Part shown: positions 37,681 to 51,800 of the stretch, one piece after another
How positions within the stretch are numbered: the stretch's first letter is position 1
Layout: each line of letters starts with the position of its first letter
NCBI GenBank assembly: GCA_030704615.1
Contig: CM060733.1
Coordinates: forward strand, 62,682,001 to 62,746,000
Length of the DNA stretch: 64,000 nucleotides
DNA from: Takakia lepidozioides
Taxonomy: Eukaryota > Plantae > Bryophyta
Direction of reading: 5' to 3'
Translations under genes and position numbers: made by a program
The notes under the pieces: model-generated
What the model saw: the letters and a program-made list of their open reading frames with translations, nothing else
Databases searched by the model: none
Told to the model about the DNA's origin: nothing

Positions 37681-38112
37681 ATGGAGTTTCTTCCAGGATT
37701 GCACGATTCTCCTGGACCCCGGCTGGGGAGCAGGTGGTTCCTACGCATCATGGACCTGGACTTTCCGCTTGAGTGGGAGCCGAACAGATCACGCACAGCG
37801 TTGCTGTATCGCTGGAATTGTTGCGAGTGGACGTATGATGAGTGCATAGGTGAAAACTTCACGCGTGGACGGACTGGCTCGGAAAGTGGGGACATTTTCT
37901 TCAGTTATGAGGATGAGGAGGAGGGGAACACAGGGCCCACTGTGAAAATGTCCTTCTACCAAGGGGGCGCTATCGATAAACACGACATCCTCGTTAGTTT
38001 CAACCGAGCGACAGAAATCGTTGACATTTTGTTCAGATATCGGCACCCGGTCACTCAGGAGGTCCTTGAGAGGCCAGTTCAAGTTCCTTCTTCTTGGGCG
38101 AGGGGACCATAG
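37681..38112 (+). CDS. Transposon cargo ORF X, unknown function
   Basis: Clear homolog at 56695-57024 (-): RSRTA.L.RWNCC.WT.....GEN..R, GDI..S.EDE, PTV..S.Y.GG.ID.HDI.V and VPS.W. Confidence 0.6.
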   Translation: MEFLPGLHDSPGPRLGSRWFLRIMDLDFPLEWEPNRSRTALLYRWNCCEWTYDECIGENFTRGRTGSESGDIFFSYEDEEEGNTGPTVKMSFYQGGAIDKHDILVSFNRATEIVDILFRYRHPVTQEVLERPVQVPSSWARGP

Positions 38113-38782
38113 GTCTTGCATGCTAGAGTAGACATGTTTCGACTCGCCGACACTGATGGCACATACATTTTGATTCAGAAATCAAGTAGCTTCCCTGTGC
38201 CATATGGGGAATATACATGCTTGGATAATCTTCTGTTAAGGTTTTTTCAATTCACTGCCAGTATGCTGGGACGTGTCCTTTGCTGTTTGCATAAGATGCA
38301 GTAAGCAAATGCTGGAATGTGCAGTAGGACCCTTCCCATTGGGACACAGAACTAGTAATCTTGTAAAGGCATCACATTTGCAGAACACTGTCAATGTATT
38401 GGTAGCAAATTGGAGTCTTCTCATAAAGGTGGACGAAAACGCCAGGATAGGCTGCGAAATCACCACAAATTGAATGAAGAGCAGTAACAAGGAAGCACTA
38501 TGCAGTATACAGACCAATAACGGTGCTGAAATAGGCCTCAATGCCCGTGTATTTCCACACAATGTATGCTTTACTCGGATCCATTTATAGACAACCAAAA
38601 TAAAAAAAACATACGCATGCCATTCACGGCCAAAAACCACATTCTCATGTATTGCGGCACCGAAATGCACCTGGAGCCATGGCGGTGCGGCACCACCAAG
38701 TGTATAATTCCTCACAAAAAAATAGGGTGCAAAAAGATGAATGTAATATAATTGCCACTTTCTCCTTCCCGAATGTGGAATG

Positions 38783-41700
38783 TCAAGCAGTCCGATCTGT
38801 ATCCTGCCGTAGGGCCTTGTGCAGCTCGTTGAAACTCAGTGTTGGAGCATGGATGAAGATGTCCACTACGGATATGTAACTCATGCGCTTCAGAAAAATG
38901 TAATAAAGGTGTTTGCAGGGGACGTATGCTGCATTCTTCGATTCCATAACAAGGAAGTCCTCACAGTTGCAAGCTGGGTACTGAGAAACCGTGATTGCAT
39001 ACACGACACTGCGCGCAGCAGACCCGGCTGTTGACAACTGAAATATGCGCCCCATCCCGGGGTGAGGAACATTCCTGCAACCTTGCACTATGCAGGGCAA
39101 GGCAAGAGCGTTGGCCATCCTGGTGTCGTTTGCCTTTGTTGGTGGCCGCCGTCTTTCAGTTTCCCCCACTGATGGGTGGGCCAAGCTGCGGGGTCACCCA
39201 CCGGTATGCGGGGCGAAGAGCTTCTCGTGGGAGGAGGATGACGACTGGGAATTGGATTTCGTGGAACGTTTGTCCTCTCCACCAGTTGAAACCCTACACT
39301 TCCTAGAGCGTCTACCTCCTCCAGGGTAAGATCTGTACCAGTTGCCACAGGCCAGACTGCCGGTGGTTCAGGCATGCCTTGTACACCATACTTGGGCTTG
39401 CCGAACACACACGACATGATGTCATGCCTGCAGAACCAAAACTCCTTCAGTGTGGCCTCCACAAACTTTGCGCACACAAATCTCCCTGTGAAGCAAGGGG
39501 CAGGCACACCGCCCTGCGGGCTCCTCCGAATCATCTCATTGCATCTCTGGTTGGTGTCGACACGAACAACACAACATTTACCACGAAATGTTGGATGGGT
39601 CCGTGCAATTCTCCACTGTGAGGCCGACACATCTCGCTCCACGATTGGAATGTTGTATTGGGTAACAAAAATAGGAGCAACATGCTCATCCTCGGCATGG
39701 TGTCCCGAGTCTGGCAGCGATTCCATGGATGCTGTAGGAGAGGGGGTACGAGTCCTGTTGGGAGGAGGCGTGGGACGCAACATCGTTGCGCCCCCGAGGT
39801 TGAGTGCGGATGTTCATATATGATCTCCATGAATCCCCATCACCTCCGGGCATGTCCTCAATTCTTCTCTTCACCGGCCGGCTGCGGACATCGCCCTCCA
39901 GGCAGTTCCCCCGACTGTGTAACGGCGTTGACCTTATTGTTTCCCGCAATGCAGCAGTCCATTTTTTGGGATCGGTCGAACGATGCGCCGCCCTCATCAG
40001 CATCTCTTGCCTGTCTGGTCCGATACCCCATTACTTTTTTCCCAGAAACTGGTAGTAACAAGATTGTTGCATGATGGCCCTCACAATATCTTCTGTTGTT
40101 GTTGTCAACATGTCAACAAGATGTGCCGCAGAGGAAGCACGCCAGGAAGAGTGCACCGATTCGGCCATGTTCGTCGTCGGCATATCCGTGTCATCCTCCA
40201 AGCTCATGTCCTGTTGAAGGAAATTAGAAATGTCACTCATTGTGGAGAATGTCCAAGCACAAAACAGAACAATTGTCAAGTACAGAAATGTGTTACATGT
40301 CTCATGTAGTCTCCAAACTGGCGGAATCTATAGTGCCACCACGCAAGCCACGTTTGCAGTTCTGGCTGATCTTTCACATCCACTGCCCCTGAAGACACCC
40401 ACCAGGCGCGTATGGTTGCAAACTCGGTCTCCGCCTCGTCGATGGAATTCGCATTTTTCCATGCAAGGCACATACTGATATGATCCTGCCGGTGGCGTGA
40501 CGCCACGAACCTTTTCGTGTTTTGCGTCAAACTCTGCATGAAGTGGAACCCGCAAGATCTCTCCTTACCTTCCATTGGAGTCTTTGGGTCGTCCCCATAT
40601 ACCCTCCTAACTGCAGCCCAGTTCGCCTGGGCATTGTCAGCCATGAAGCCCCTAAAATCGGGGGGGGGGGGGCAACTTCGCTCTCGCCATTTGCTCATTA
40701 ATTCCGCGCCACATATGCAACTCCAAATCTGTGTCTTTGCCTTTCATTTCGCAGATAGCAATGGTCATCAACTTTCTACAATGTGGGTCGTATACATGTG
40801 CCCCCATTGTCACCCAATCGTGGTTGGTAATTCGCCGGATGTGGTCGAACATGACCCAGCAATTTGAGAGGTCTCCACTGGTCATCCGCTTCACTAAATT
40901 GACGCCGCTCCCCGGTCCGCACGTTGACATCTTAAATATGAAGCACCTGTCCGTCTCTGAGCCTTGACCAGGAAAGAAGCTGCCTTGGATGAAGTCGTAG
41001 CCGCATGTGCGCTTCACTTCCAAGATGGAGTGCATGTTTGATCCTCTTCCGATTCGTTTCTTGCAGCCGACAATGTGGTTCCTGACATTGGGGCTGCACA
41101 CATGGGAGACAGCTTCCAGTAGCTCCTTCATGTCCCCCTCGCCCAGCTTCTCTCTTGTGCTTCCGTCCTCCGACATTATTCTGGCAATTGCAATTCTATG
41201 TGCGGATGCGAGCTGTATCTGCTTTGGTTTTGCTCCCGGCCGGAACCTCACCTCTTCCTTGATAATATCATGGGCTTGTTGAAAAGCGACTCTGCAATTG
41301 CCTCTGGCGACGGGGTGGTCATGCTTTCCGACGTGAATGCATGCTCTGGTGCACGCTGGGCCGACGGTCCCGACGTAGTACTGCTTGGCGTTGCACACTG
41401 CCATGTACGTAGGGGCTGCGTTGCAATGGGCACACTTGAACGTCCCTGCAGGAACTCTACCTTGAGGCCAAAATGGGGTCGACGAATTGCCAATCCAGTC
41501 AGTCTCATTCCGGGTGCCTTTGCTCGTGTAATGGTAACATGTGCTCGAGAAACATTTAAGATGCCCAACACACAATAAATATCTCACTCAAACTTCATCA
41601 CCCAGGTTGGACGATGAAGTTTTGGTGACACACCAAGGGTGGCCGTCATGTTTCCTGTTCATTCCTGCCAGCATGCCGTCTGGGCCTGCGCCTGTCGGCA

Positions 41701-41859
41701 CTGCAGGGAACTCGTAGATAGCATTCCCATCCACAACTTCAGGCAAAGTTTCCACAAAATGGATTGGAGTTTTGTCGTAATCAAGCCTAAGAAGGTCACT
41801 AGAGCGGGAACCCGTTGTCTTCATCCTCCGCAATATGTCGATTACTGAGCGGACGGAAG
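38783..41859 (-). pseudogene. Mutator-like DDE transposase with N-terminal Cys/His (GCM/WRKY-like) region and C-terminal SWIM
   Basis: N-terminal DGHPW...C.GHL.C....C and C..C...C...C.H...HDHP. Catalytic-core motifs WVMFDH (D1), FRGFMADN (D2), CGFH (C/DxxH) and TTNMAESVH (E). SWIM CNCEDF...CKHLYYI. One intron at ~40294-40222, an in-frame TGA at 41588 and homopolymer frameshifts. The 5' end runs into the N gap. Confidence 0.8.
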
Positions 41860-42359
41860 NNNNNNNNNNNNNNNNNNNNNNNNNNNNNNNNNNNNNNNNN
41901 NNNNNNNNNNNNNNNNNNNNNNNNNNNNNNNNNNNNNNNNNNNNNNNNNNNNNNNNNNNNNNNNNNNNNNNNNNNNNNNNNNNNNNNNNNNNNNNNNNNN
42001 NNNNNNNNNNNNNNNNNNNNNNNNNNNNNNNNNNNNNNNNNNNNNNNNNNNNNNNNNNNNNNNNNNNNNNNNNNNNNNNNNNNNNNNNNNNNNNNNNNNN
42101 NNNNNNNNNNNNNNNNNNNNNNNNNNNNNNNNNNNNNNNNNNNNNNNNNNNNNNNNNNNNNNNNNNNNNNNNNNNNNNNNNNNNNNNNNNNNNNNNNNNN
42201 NNNNNNNNNNNNNNNNNNNNNNNNNNNNNNNNNNNNNNNNNNNNNNNNNNNNNNNNNNNNNNNNNNNNNNNNNNNNNNNNNNNNNNNNNNNNNNNNNNNN
42301 NNNNNNNNNNNNNNNNNNNNNNNNNNNNNNNNNNNNNNNNNNNNNNNNNNNNNNNNNNN
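41860..42359. other. Assembly gap (500 N)
   Basis: Run of N. It hides the transposase start, the cargo gene start and most of the 5' LTR, so the true size is probably larger. Confidence 1.
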
Positions 42360-45300
42360 GCGAGCCGGAAAGCGACCAAAGAGTGGGGAGGAGCTGTTCC
42401 GGACTGCCATCTACCAAAGGGAATTCACTAGGCCCAATAGGTGGAGGGTCTTTTGGGAAGCGAAGGGGGACCGTATGTCCCGGTGAGCAGCCGAAGCTCC
42501 AAGTTGGCCCGGCGGCCAGGTTGGGAGTCAGGCGCGCGCATCAAAGCGAGTAACTATGACTTGAAGGGGAGCTTACCGAAGTGAGGTGCGCGACACTTGG
42601 TATCAGAGCTTAGAGTTCAGTACGCGATCGTCCTTGGGATTGGCCTCATCATGGGGTCGGGCAAGCCGAAGCGAAAGCGGAACGGCCCAAAAGATGATGA
42701 TCCCGGTGAGCCCGATGGGGGCGACGTGTCACCGAGGCGGCCGTTTGAGGAAGCGATGCATGTTTTCGAAAACGAGGCCGCTCAAGAGCGGGAGGAATCC
42801 GAGGAGTCGGAGCCCGAGGAATCCTTGAGAGCTCCGACAAACCAAAGAGATGCCTCCCATGCCGGCAGCCTTTTGGGAGGGTGTTGGCGCAGTTTGGCGG
42901 GACGTTGAAAGACGTGTTGAAGGCGGCTAATGCCACTTCCACTAAGGCAAAGTTTAAGGTGAAGCCTAAGGAACCGGACACCTTCGAGGGCGTTCGAAAT
43001 CGGAAGGCACTCAACACCTGGCTCTTGGAGCTAGAGCAGTACTTCCGGGCGGCCAAGTTGAGTGACGAGGATCGGGTGGAAGTGGCTCCCACCTATTTGA
43101 GGGGCTATGCTCAAACAATGGTGGCAGAAACGCCTTCACGACCGAGGTCCAAGCCCGGAAACCTTGAACTGGAGTGGGTTCAAGGAATTGATGAAGAGAC
43201 AGTTTGTGCCCCTCAACGCGTCCTGGCTTGCCCGGGACAAGATGAGGAATTTGAAGCAAACAGATGACATTCGGGGTATGTCCAGGCTTTCAATGTGCTG
43301 TTGCTCGAAGTCGCGGACATGGCAGAACCAGAAATGGTCTTCAACTTTGTGGCGGGACTGGCCCCATGGGCCAGGCGGAAGTTGGAGGAGAAGCCACCCA
43401 AGACTTTGAACGAGGCAATTGAGAGGGCTGAATGTTTCTCGGATGTCCCTAGGGGTGAAAGACAAGGCCGTACGGAGCTGAACCACAAGAAGATTCGGCG
43501 GGAAGGTGACTCTTCCGACCGGAAAAGAAGTGGGATAGGCCACGCGGCGAAAATGGCACGTGGAAATCGAAGGGAGGGCCTTCACACGTCAAGGCGGCAC
43601 CCGGTGCTTCGAAAGGAAAAGCGGGTGGAGCGGCTTATGGCGGACAGAAGGCGACCTTTGATGGAGTGTGTTTCAATTGCGGGGAGCCCGGGCACATGGC
43701 CAAGAAGTGCACGAAGCCCCGACAATTGAACAGTGACTCGGGCGACCACGGAGCTGTCGGAAGATACCATCAGTCGCTTGGTGGAAGCGGTGGTCGCCAG
43801 GGACTTGCAAGGTAGGCAAATTTCTTGTGAGTTGTATCAGGAAACTGGCGCCTTACGAAAAGGGAGTCAGTTATTGTTCGTGGATGGGATAATATCCGGA
43901 ACTAATGTGTCGTTGTTGGTGGACACAGGAGCGTCGCACTCCTTCATGACACCGGCAACGGCACAAAAGCTGGGACTCCCGACAAGTGACGTTGGGGCCT
44001 CTATTGAGGTGCGTTCTGCCAAAGGAGAACCACAGTTGGCGACAAGGTTGGCGTTGATGTTCCTCTTCAACTGGGGAGTTGGGAGGGACGTGAGAACTTC
44101 ACCATCTGCGAGATCGATGGAGTAGATCTCATTTTAGGGATGACCTTTTTGAGCAAATCCAGAGCGGTCATAGATGGCCGCAAGAGAGTAGTCACGCTGC
44201 CATGTGGGAATGGTGGCGAGGTCTTACGAGTGTCGGAAACGCCGAAATCCGTGGGAGGGCGAATAAACCTTCTGTCAGCAAGGGAGTGGGCCGTGGAGGA
44301 GGCACACGAACCCCAGTTCTTGCTTTACATTAGAGAAGTGAAGGGAGAAGGTGATGGGGAGCCGAGCCCAGATTGGATCAAGGGGATTTTGGAGAAATAC
44401 CAGGATGTGATGCCGGAGGATTTACCAAGCGGCTTGCCACCGCGAAGAGGAGTTGACCACAAGATTGAGGTGATACCGGGATCGGAACCGCCTGCCAAGG
44501 CGCCCTACCGGTTGAGCCACAGAGAGTTGGTCGAGCTGAAGACTCAGCTCAAGGATCTAATGTCAAAGGGGTACATCCGGCCGAATAAGTCACCTTACGG
44601 AGCCCCGGTGCTATTTGCAGACAAGAAGGATGGGACGCTGCGGATGTGTGTCGATTACAGGGCTCTGAATAAGGTGACTATCAAAAACCGGTACCCTTTG
44701 CCAAGGATCGATGACCTTTTCAATCGGTTGGCAGGAGCGAAGTATTTCAGCCGGATCGACTTGCGCTCTGGCTATCACCAAATTCGGGTGGCGGAAGGAG
44801 ATGAGGAGAAGACCGCGTGCAGGACAAGGTATGGTTCATATGAGTTCTTGGTGATGCCTTTTGGGCTCACCAATGCACCAGCGACATTTAGCACGCTGAT
44901 GAACAGCCTTTCCAGGAGTGGTTGGATGACTTTGTGATCGTGTACATCGACGACATCTTGGTGTACTCGAAAACAAAGTAGGAGCACCTGGAGCACCTCA
45001 AAAGGGTGTTCCAAAAATTGCGAGAAGGGAAGCTGTATGCCAAAGCTTCAAAGTGCGAATTCGGGGTCACAAAAGTGGAGTTCCTGGGGCATGTGATTAC
45101 ACAGGATGGGATCAAAATGGATGACAGAAAGGTGAGGGCGATCTTGGATTGGGAGCCTCCGACTTCGGTCCCGGGAGTGCGATCCTTCCTAGGACTCGCC
45201 TCCTATTACCGGAAGTATGTGAGAAATTTCGCCAAGATCGCGGGGCCGCTGTCGGACCTTCTGTGTAAATCTAAAGTCTGGGCATGGAACACCTTTTGTG

Positions 45301-48300
45301 GCCAAGCTTTTGCTGAATTGAAGCAGCGGATGGCGGAAGCTCCAGTCTTGAAAATCCCGGAGTTCGATCGTCCATTTGAGATTCATACAGATGCGTCGGA
45401 CTTCGTGATTGGGGGAGTATTTATGCAAGATGGACGTCCAGTGGCTTACAAAAGTAAGAAACTGAATGAAGTGGAGCGACGGTGGCCGACGCACGAAAAA
45501 GAGATGAAGGCGGTGGTGCATTGCCTTGAGCTTTGGCGCCACTATGTTGGTTCCAACCCAGTGAAGGTGTTCACGGACAATGTCACAGTGAAGTATTTTG
45601 CCACGCAGCCCAAGTTGTCCCCAAAACAACTTAGGTGGCAAGATACTTTGGCGGTGTTCGACGTGGATATCCAGTACAAACCGGGACGGGACAATGTGGT
45701 GGCCGATGCTTTAAGTAGAAAGCAGCAGCTCTTGTTGGTGTACAAGGGCGAGACGGCGCTCCAAAAGAAGATCCGGAAGGCTTGCCGGAAGGATGAGCTG
45801 GCGAAGTCCGTGTTGCAGGACTTGAGGATGGGGGTTAAATCGCAGTTCCACTTGCAAAATGGACTGCTCCGGTATAAGCAAAAGCGTCTCTACGTGCCGA
45901 AGGGAGGGATCAGGGATAGTCTCTTGAGAGAATGCCATGATAGCCCGCTTGCGGGCCAAGCGCACTGCGGCACTCTTGAAGAAAGAGTATTTCTGGCCCA
46001 AACTGAGGGAGGAGGCAGAGGAGTATGTCAAGACATACCACATGCCAACAAAACCGGAGCGAGTACAAAAAGCAAGCGGGGCTGTTACAACCCTTGCCGA
46101 TTCAGAGGGGACTTGGGAAAGCGTCTCGATGGATTTCATGACTGCTATGCCGCTGTCAAAAGGATTCGATGCAATCATGGTGGTGGTAGATAGGTTCAGT
46201 AAAATGGGCCATTTCATCCCCACCAAGGAGACGGCAACGGCGCAGGAGACAAGGCAACTTTACTTCGCCCACGTCTTAAAGCATCATGGAGTCCCGAAGG
46301 ATATTGTCTCGGACCGCGATCCAAAGTTTACGAGTAAATTCTGGAGAGCACTTTGGAAGAAGATGGGGACGAGGCTGAAGATGAGCACCGCCTTCCGACC
46401 TACGACGGACGGCCAAACGGAAAGAGTGAATTCCGTAGTGAAGCAATTCTTGCGGAATTACGTGTCTGCAGACCAATCAGACTGGATGGAACACTTAGAC
46501 GCGGCAGAGTTCTGTTATAATAACACAGAACACTCCGCAACGGGAGTTTCCCCTTTCGTATTGGTCTATGGAAAAGCACCTCTGGTGCCGACAAGTTGGG
46601 CCGCCCAGGACGTTGAGGAACCGGCAGTAGCGGCGGTACTGGAAGAACGTGAGCGTTTGTTGAAGCTCGCAAAGTACAACATTGCCAAAGCTAGGAAACG
46701 GTATGAAAGGCAGGCGAATCGGAAGCGGAGGGAAGTGAAGTTTGAGGCAGGCACAGAGGTCTGGTTGAACATCAAGAATTTCCGACTACCTCCGGAAGTG
46801 AGTCCGAAGTTCGTACCTCCGTATGCGGGTCCCTTTCGCATTCGGAAGGTTATGAATGAGGATGTGTATGAATTGGAGCTGCTGGCAAACAGCAAGGTGC
46901 ACCCAGTATTCCATGTCTCCCTTTTGAAACCTTACTTCAAAGATGAAGCGCGTCCGAATCGGCATCAAGTGTTGCGTCCGCCACCTATGCTGTTGGATCA
47001 TGAAATGAACCTGAGTACGAGGTGGAGGCAATACTTAAGTCGAGGAGGTTCAGGAACCGAGAAACGGAGTATCTCGTCAAATGGAAGGGCTATCATCATG
47101 TGGAGGCATCTTGGGTGCGTGCCTCAGAAATGGGAAACGCATCCGAGGCGGTTGCAGCTTTCAAAGGCGACCTCAAAAGCGGAAGAAGCGTTGATGGGGA
47201 CATCAACCTTGGAGCGTGGGGGAGGAAATGCATGCCTAGCCCGGTTTAGCTAGTTCAGGAATCCGATTGCAAAAACTTGTATTGTACAAAAATTTGTTAT
47301 AAAGGAAATGGGTTCCAAATATTGTGCGTCCTATTGTGTTTGGAATGGTGATGCATGGTGTGGTTGGCTAGTGTGTAGAATGCATGCTAGCTTACAAAGT
47401 GGGAGAGGTAAATTGGGTTAATCGTGTGTTTGCGCAGTGCCGAAATCGGGTGACTCCCATCCAAGGGGCAAGGAAACTTGCGCCTTCTTTGGGAGTTCAT
47501 GTGCTAGTGCGCACCTAGCGCGTGCGCGTACTATAACTGCGCTACCGAGGGGGTTGCCTTGTAGTGCGGGCTAACGCGGAAGCTACGTGCTTCCGTTCAC
47601 GTACTATAATCGTGTAGCCTCGGGACGAAGTCGTAGTGCGGCTTCGGCGTGTTCCCGTACCTCAGGCCAGCATTCCAAGGCGGACCCAATTGTAGTGATT
47701 GGGGCGCACGGTTGGTTCAAGGTTATCTTCCTAGTCAAAGAGGGTTCCAGGTGAACCCTTGCTCAAGGTGATGCCAAAAGCGGCATCATGAGCGATCGCA
47801 AGCAATGTTGTTGCAGTAAGGCGATTCGATCCTCGGGGAGGATCGTTCCTTGGCCTTGAAGTAGGCCAGAAGAGTGCACTGGGAGGAGCTGGAGAGGCTC
47901 CACCCTTGGCCGGGACTTGGAGGAAGTCGGCCGAACTAGCTAGTGGAGAGTAGAGTCAAGTGTGGGGTTTGGTTCTTTGCCATGGGACGCCATGGTACGG
48001 AAACAAACTCCTTGATGTGGGACGCCACAACTTGGATGTTCGTTTCTACAAATGGACAAGTCGATGAGGACATCGACTCCCTGTTGGTAGGGGTGTGTGT
48101 CGCGGCCCTTTGCCTTGAGATCAGGGAGGTCGGGACACAAGAGGGGCTGCCCCTGTAGTGGGGGCAGTAGCAGCGATAGGTACGGGGGCTGAAACACCCT
48201 TGAGTGCCCAAGGCACTCAAGGAGGCGGAGGCGCTCACTAGGTGGAGCCCCGCACACCGGGTTGCGGTGGAGGTGGCTCCACAAGGGGTGGTGGTAGCTT

Positions 48301-48824
48301 AGTGGGACTTAGTGGGGGTGGCATAGGACTCACCATGGGGTGGAGACCTCGAGGTGGGAGTCATGGGGAGTCTTGGGACTCATCACGGTCCATTGGGGCC
48401 GCGGTGAGTGGGCCAAGACTCACCGCGACTCACCACCGGGAGTCGAGGGTCTTCGTGGTGGTTCACCATAAAATGGCATGGCTGGTTGTGAAACCCCCGC
48501 GGACAACTACAGAAGTATATATAAGGGGAGTAGTAACCCCGAGAACGGTGGAAGCCCGTTGGTGTCCAAAAACTAGTGAGTAAGCGTGCGAGCCGGAAAG
48601 CGACCAAAGAGTGGGGAGCTGTTCCGGACTGCCATCTACCAAAGGGAATTCCACTAGGCCCAAATAGGTGGAGGGTCTTTTGGGAGAGCGAAGGGGGACC
48701 GTTATGTCCCGGTGAGCAGCCGAAGCTCCGAGTTGGCCCGGCGGCCAGGTTGGGAGTCAGGCGCGCGCATCAAAGCGAGTAACTATGACTTGAAGGGGAG
48801 CTTACCGAAGTGAGGTGCGCGACA
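42360..48824 (+). mobile_element. Ty3/Gypsy chromovirus LTR retrotransposon inserted into the subfamily B cargo gene
   Basis: 5' LTR remnant ends ...GTGCGCGACA at 42595. PBS TGGTATCAGAGC (tRNA-iMet) at 42598-42609. PPT at ~47211-47228. 3' LTR 47229-48824 (TG...CA), whose end is nearly identical to 42360-42595. Confidence 0.95.
42649..47210 (+). pseudogene. Gypsy gag-pol (gag, zinc knuckle, protease, RT, RNase H, integrase, chromodomain), frameshifted
   Basis: [69 protein letters not shown] and EAILKSR...EYLVKWKGY....SW. Confidence 0.92.
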
Positions 48825-51800
48825 GGATGACAACGTGGTGCGACTTGATAACGATTAGAACCTGCTGAGCTTGCGGAGGAGCAAAACCTCCAGGACAATA
48901 GACAGGCTGGTGAGAGGGGTGAGGGAAGTGAGAGAGGTGCTGGAAGTAAGAAACTGGTGGCGGGTATGCTCATGAGCGCACGAGACATGAACATAGCAGC
49001 AAACAGGTTGCTGGCAGAGACTCATAGCAACATAGGCCGCATTTTGGGCTCCATGGTGTATCCGGAGAACCTCAAAGTTCATTTGTGTCGCATGGTTAGC
49101 CTTCCAGTTGTAAGGCAAGCACTGCCAGGAGACATCGATCGACTGAAGCACAACTTCAGAGAGGGGTATAGAGGGGGTCGGCAGCATTCTACGTTTCCAT
49201 TGAGAATGACCAGGGTGTCACAAGGGGCCCCACTGCAGAGGAGCTTCAGAATTGGAGCCCCCACTGGCACATTGTAAATGCCGAGTTTGAAGCCTCTCTG
49301 AAGACTAATCCCACATTCGCACACATGGAATGGAAGATGTTCTTCGTTTGGGACGGGAACCACAGGATGCTTGCCTGGACAGAGTACATTGCTGAAATGC
49401 ATCCGCAAGATATCAGTTGGCATTACATGGTGGACTGCATTGTCGTGAAGGTGGACGTCAGGGACAGAGGACTGCTGAAGGGTGCCATGGCGGATATAAA
49501 TCTGTAAGTATACAACTACATCCTTGTGTACTGCCTATTGCGGCGCCGAAATAGACAATGTTCTTGACTGTCATGCACTATATGAACTAGAAATTGGATT
49601 GCTATGCCGAAATCATATTTTCATGTTTTTTTTTTTTTCCTCCATGGCAGGGTAACAGAGAGGGCCTTCATGGAAACTCATCTGGCACATACACTCTACA
49701 GAGTGCAAGAAGTGGGAATAGCACCGCTGACGGACTTCCAAAAATCCCTCGATCCCGAGCTGTACAGGAAGTCCCTTGCGAAAGCAGATCGCACCTGGTA
49801 CTGTCCAACACCGGACGCCATGGTGGAGATCCTCTATTCGGTGAGGTTCATATCAAATTTCCCGATTTAATGTTATTTGTTGCAGGGATCCGTGGCCTGA
49901 CTGTATCCGCTGGGTATGGGAATGCAGACAAACATCAGGGATGACTTGGCCTATGCCAAAAGGCAGTTCTTTAAGAATGATGCCCCCAACAAGGCGGACG
50001 CGTCGATAGAGAGTCACATTGTGCAGGCAGGGAGGCAATCACGGACCAAGTACAGGTCCAAACTTGTTAAGCAAGTTGCAATCGCTGACCCTGGTCTTGG
50101 TGCCGAGTTCCTGGCGGAGATAGGACTGCATTACTCCAGACCCATGAAACCGGAAATGTCCATGGAGAAACTTCATCACATCGCAGTGTCCTGTGTTGAG
50201 CCGGCGGAGAAGGTAAGCATGTGTTTGTTCTTGTTTTGTGTCTTCTCGCGATTGTCATCATGAAGTTCTTGTCTGACCGATGTTAGGCCATGAAGACGAG
50301 GTGGCTGCAAATCTGGAATGGCCATACAAACAAGAAGCTGCTGTACCACTTTCCCATCGAGCCAACAGACGACAAAATGAACGACTGGCTCAATGTGATG
50401 ACTTGGTGGCATCAGGTATAATTTCCTCCTCTTCTGTGTGTTGGACATCATCGCAATTTCAAAATCATGAATGTTTTGGAAACCTGCAATGCTGCAGGTA
50501 CTGACCCACGCCCAGGAGCAATTGGATTGCAACACCACCACTTTCAAGTTACAGATCGACTGGACGAAGCCTGAGACAATGGAGAACTACGTGCAGTCGT
50601 GGCGAGGGCGCTTCGCAAACCTCTTTTTCAGAGAAATTGCAAAGGCAAGACGCAGCGTATACATCAAAGAGTAGGAGGGTGTCGACAAAGCGGCAATGCG
50701 TGTCCTGTTCAGGTAATCTGCTGCCAATGCATCCCCATATTTGCAGTTTTGATGATTTAGCTAAGCAGCGGTACCTCTGCAAGATGTGAGTGCTGGGTAA
50801 TTGGGGCACGGTCCACTGCGTATTTCGGTGCCGAAATACCTTGTGCATTGAGAACTTCCTCTTGCATGATGCATCAGTAGAATGATTTTTGCTGAACTGC
50901 CTCGTCATTACAGGTACATAAACTTTGCACTCATTCCGTCCGAAGCCATTCAAAGGGTTCCACCATTCTTCTTGGCGTGGAGCACACCTGGAGGTCGTGG
51001 TACGATGTACACAGAAGTAATGGCGAAGGAGTGGCATGCCGAGCATTTGGTAGATTGTCCCTGGTATGTGGATCTCCCAAGTGGCACCGTTGACCTCTCG
51101 GAGGTTAACTTGAAGAAGGAAGCAAATGCCAGGGCTATGAAGGCGCAATCGGATCCCCAACCAGAGGACGCGGAAAGACTGAAAGCAGAGGAGGCAGCCA
51201 AGCAGAAAGCACTGAGAAAGTCAGCCAAGGCGGCAGCGTTGGCGAAGGAGCAGATGGAGAAGCAGGCAGCTGAGCAGCCCAAGGACAGGAAGAAAAGAAC
51301 GCGCAAACAGGGGCAAGAGACGAAGACCCCCACACCCAAGAAGAAGCATCAACATAGTCAGCCAGATGATGAGGATTCCGACGAGGATTTCCAGCAGGAT
51401 AACACCCAGGGGGCCACACCTCGTCCGAAAATTCACAAGGGCCAGCGCTCCGGGGGTTCGTCTACGAAGAGATCACTATGCGAGGATGCACCTGGCAGAC
51501 CCTACCGTGCGGTGCTCATTGCGGGCAGGGAAGTCCTCAAAACACCCACAATTGTGGAGTGTGTTAATGAAAATTTCCTAACTGCTCTGACCAGAAGGCT
51601 GGAGATAACGAGATTGAGGAAGGCGATCAAGGCCCACCAGGGGAAGGGGAAGAGGAAGGCCACTGGCAATGATATGGAGGACACTCCTGGCTACACAAAG
51701 ATGATGGAGTATTTTGTGGCGATGAGCCACGGCAAAAAGAGCACAGTCGGGGGCAGGGCGGTGAAAGCCTCCATCGACATGATCCTTGTGGATATCCCGG

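Noticed and set aside
41588-42486. Long ORFs spanning this interval
   Set aside because: Artefacts of translating through the N gap.
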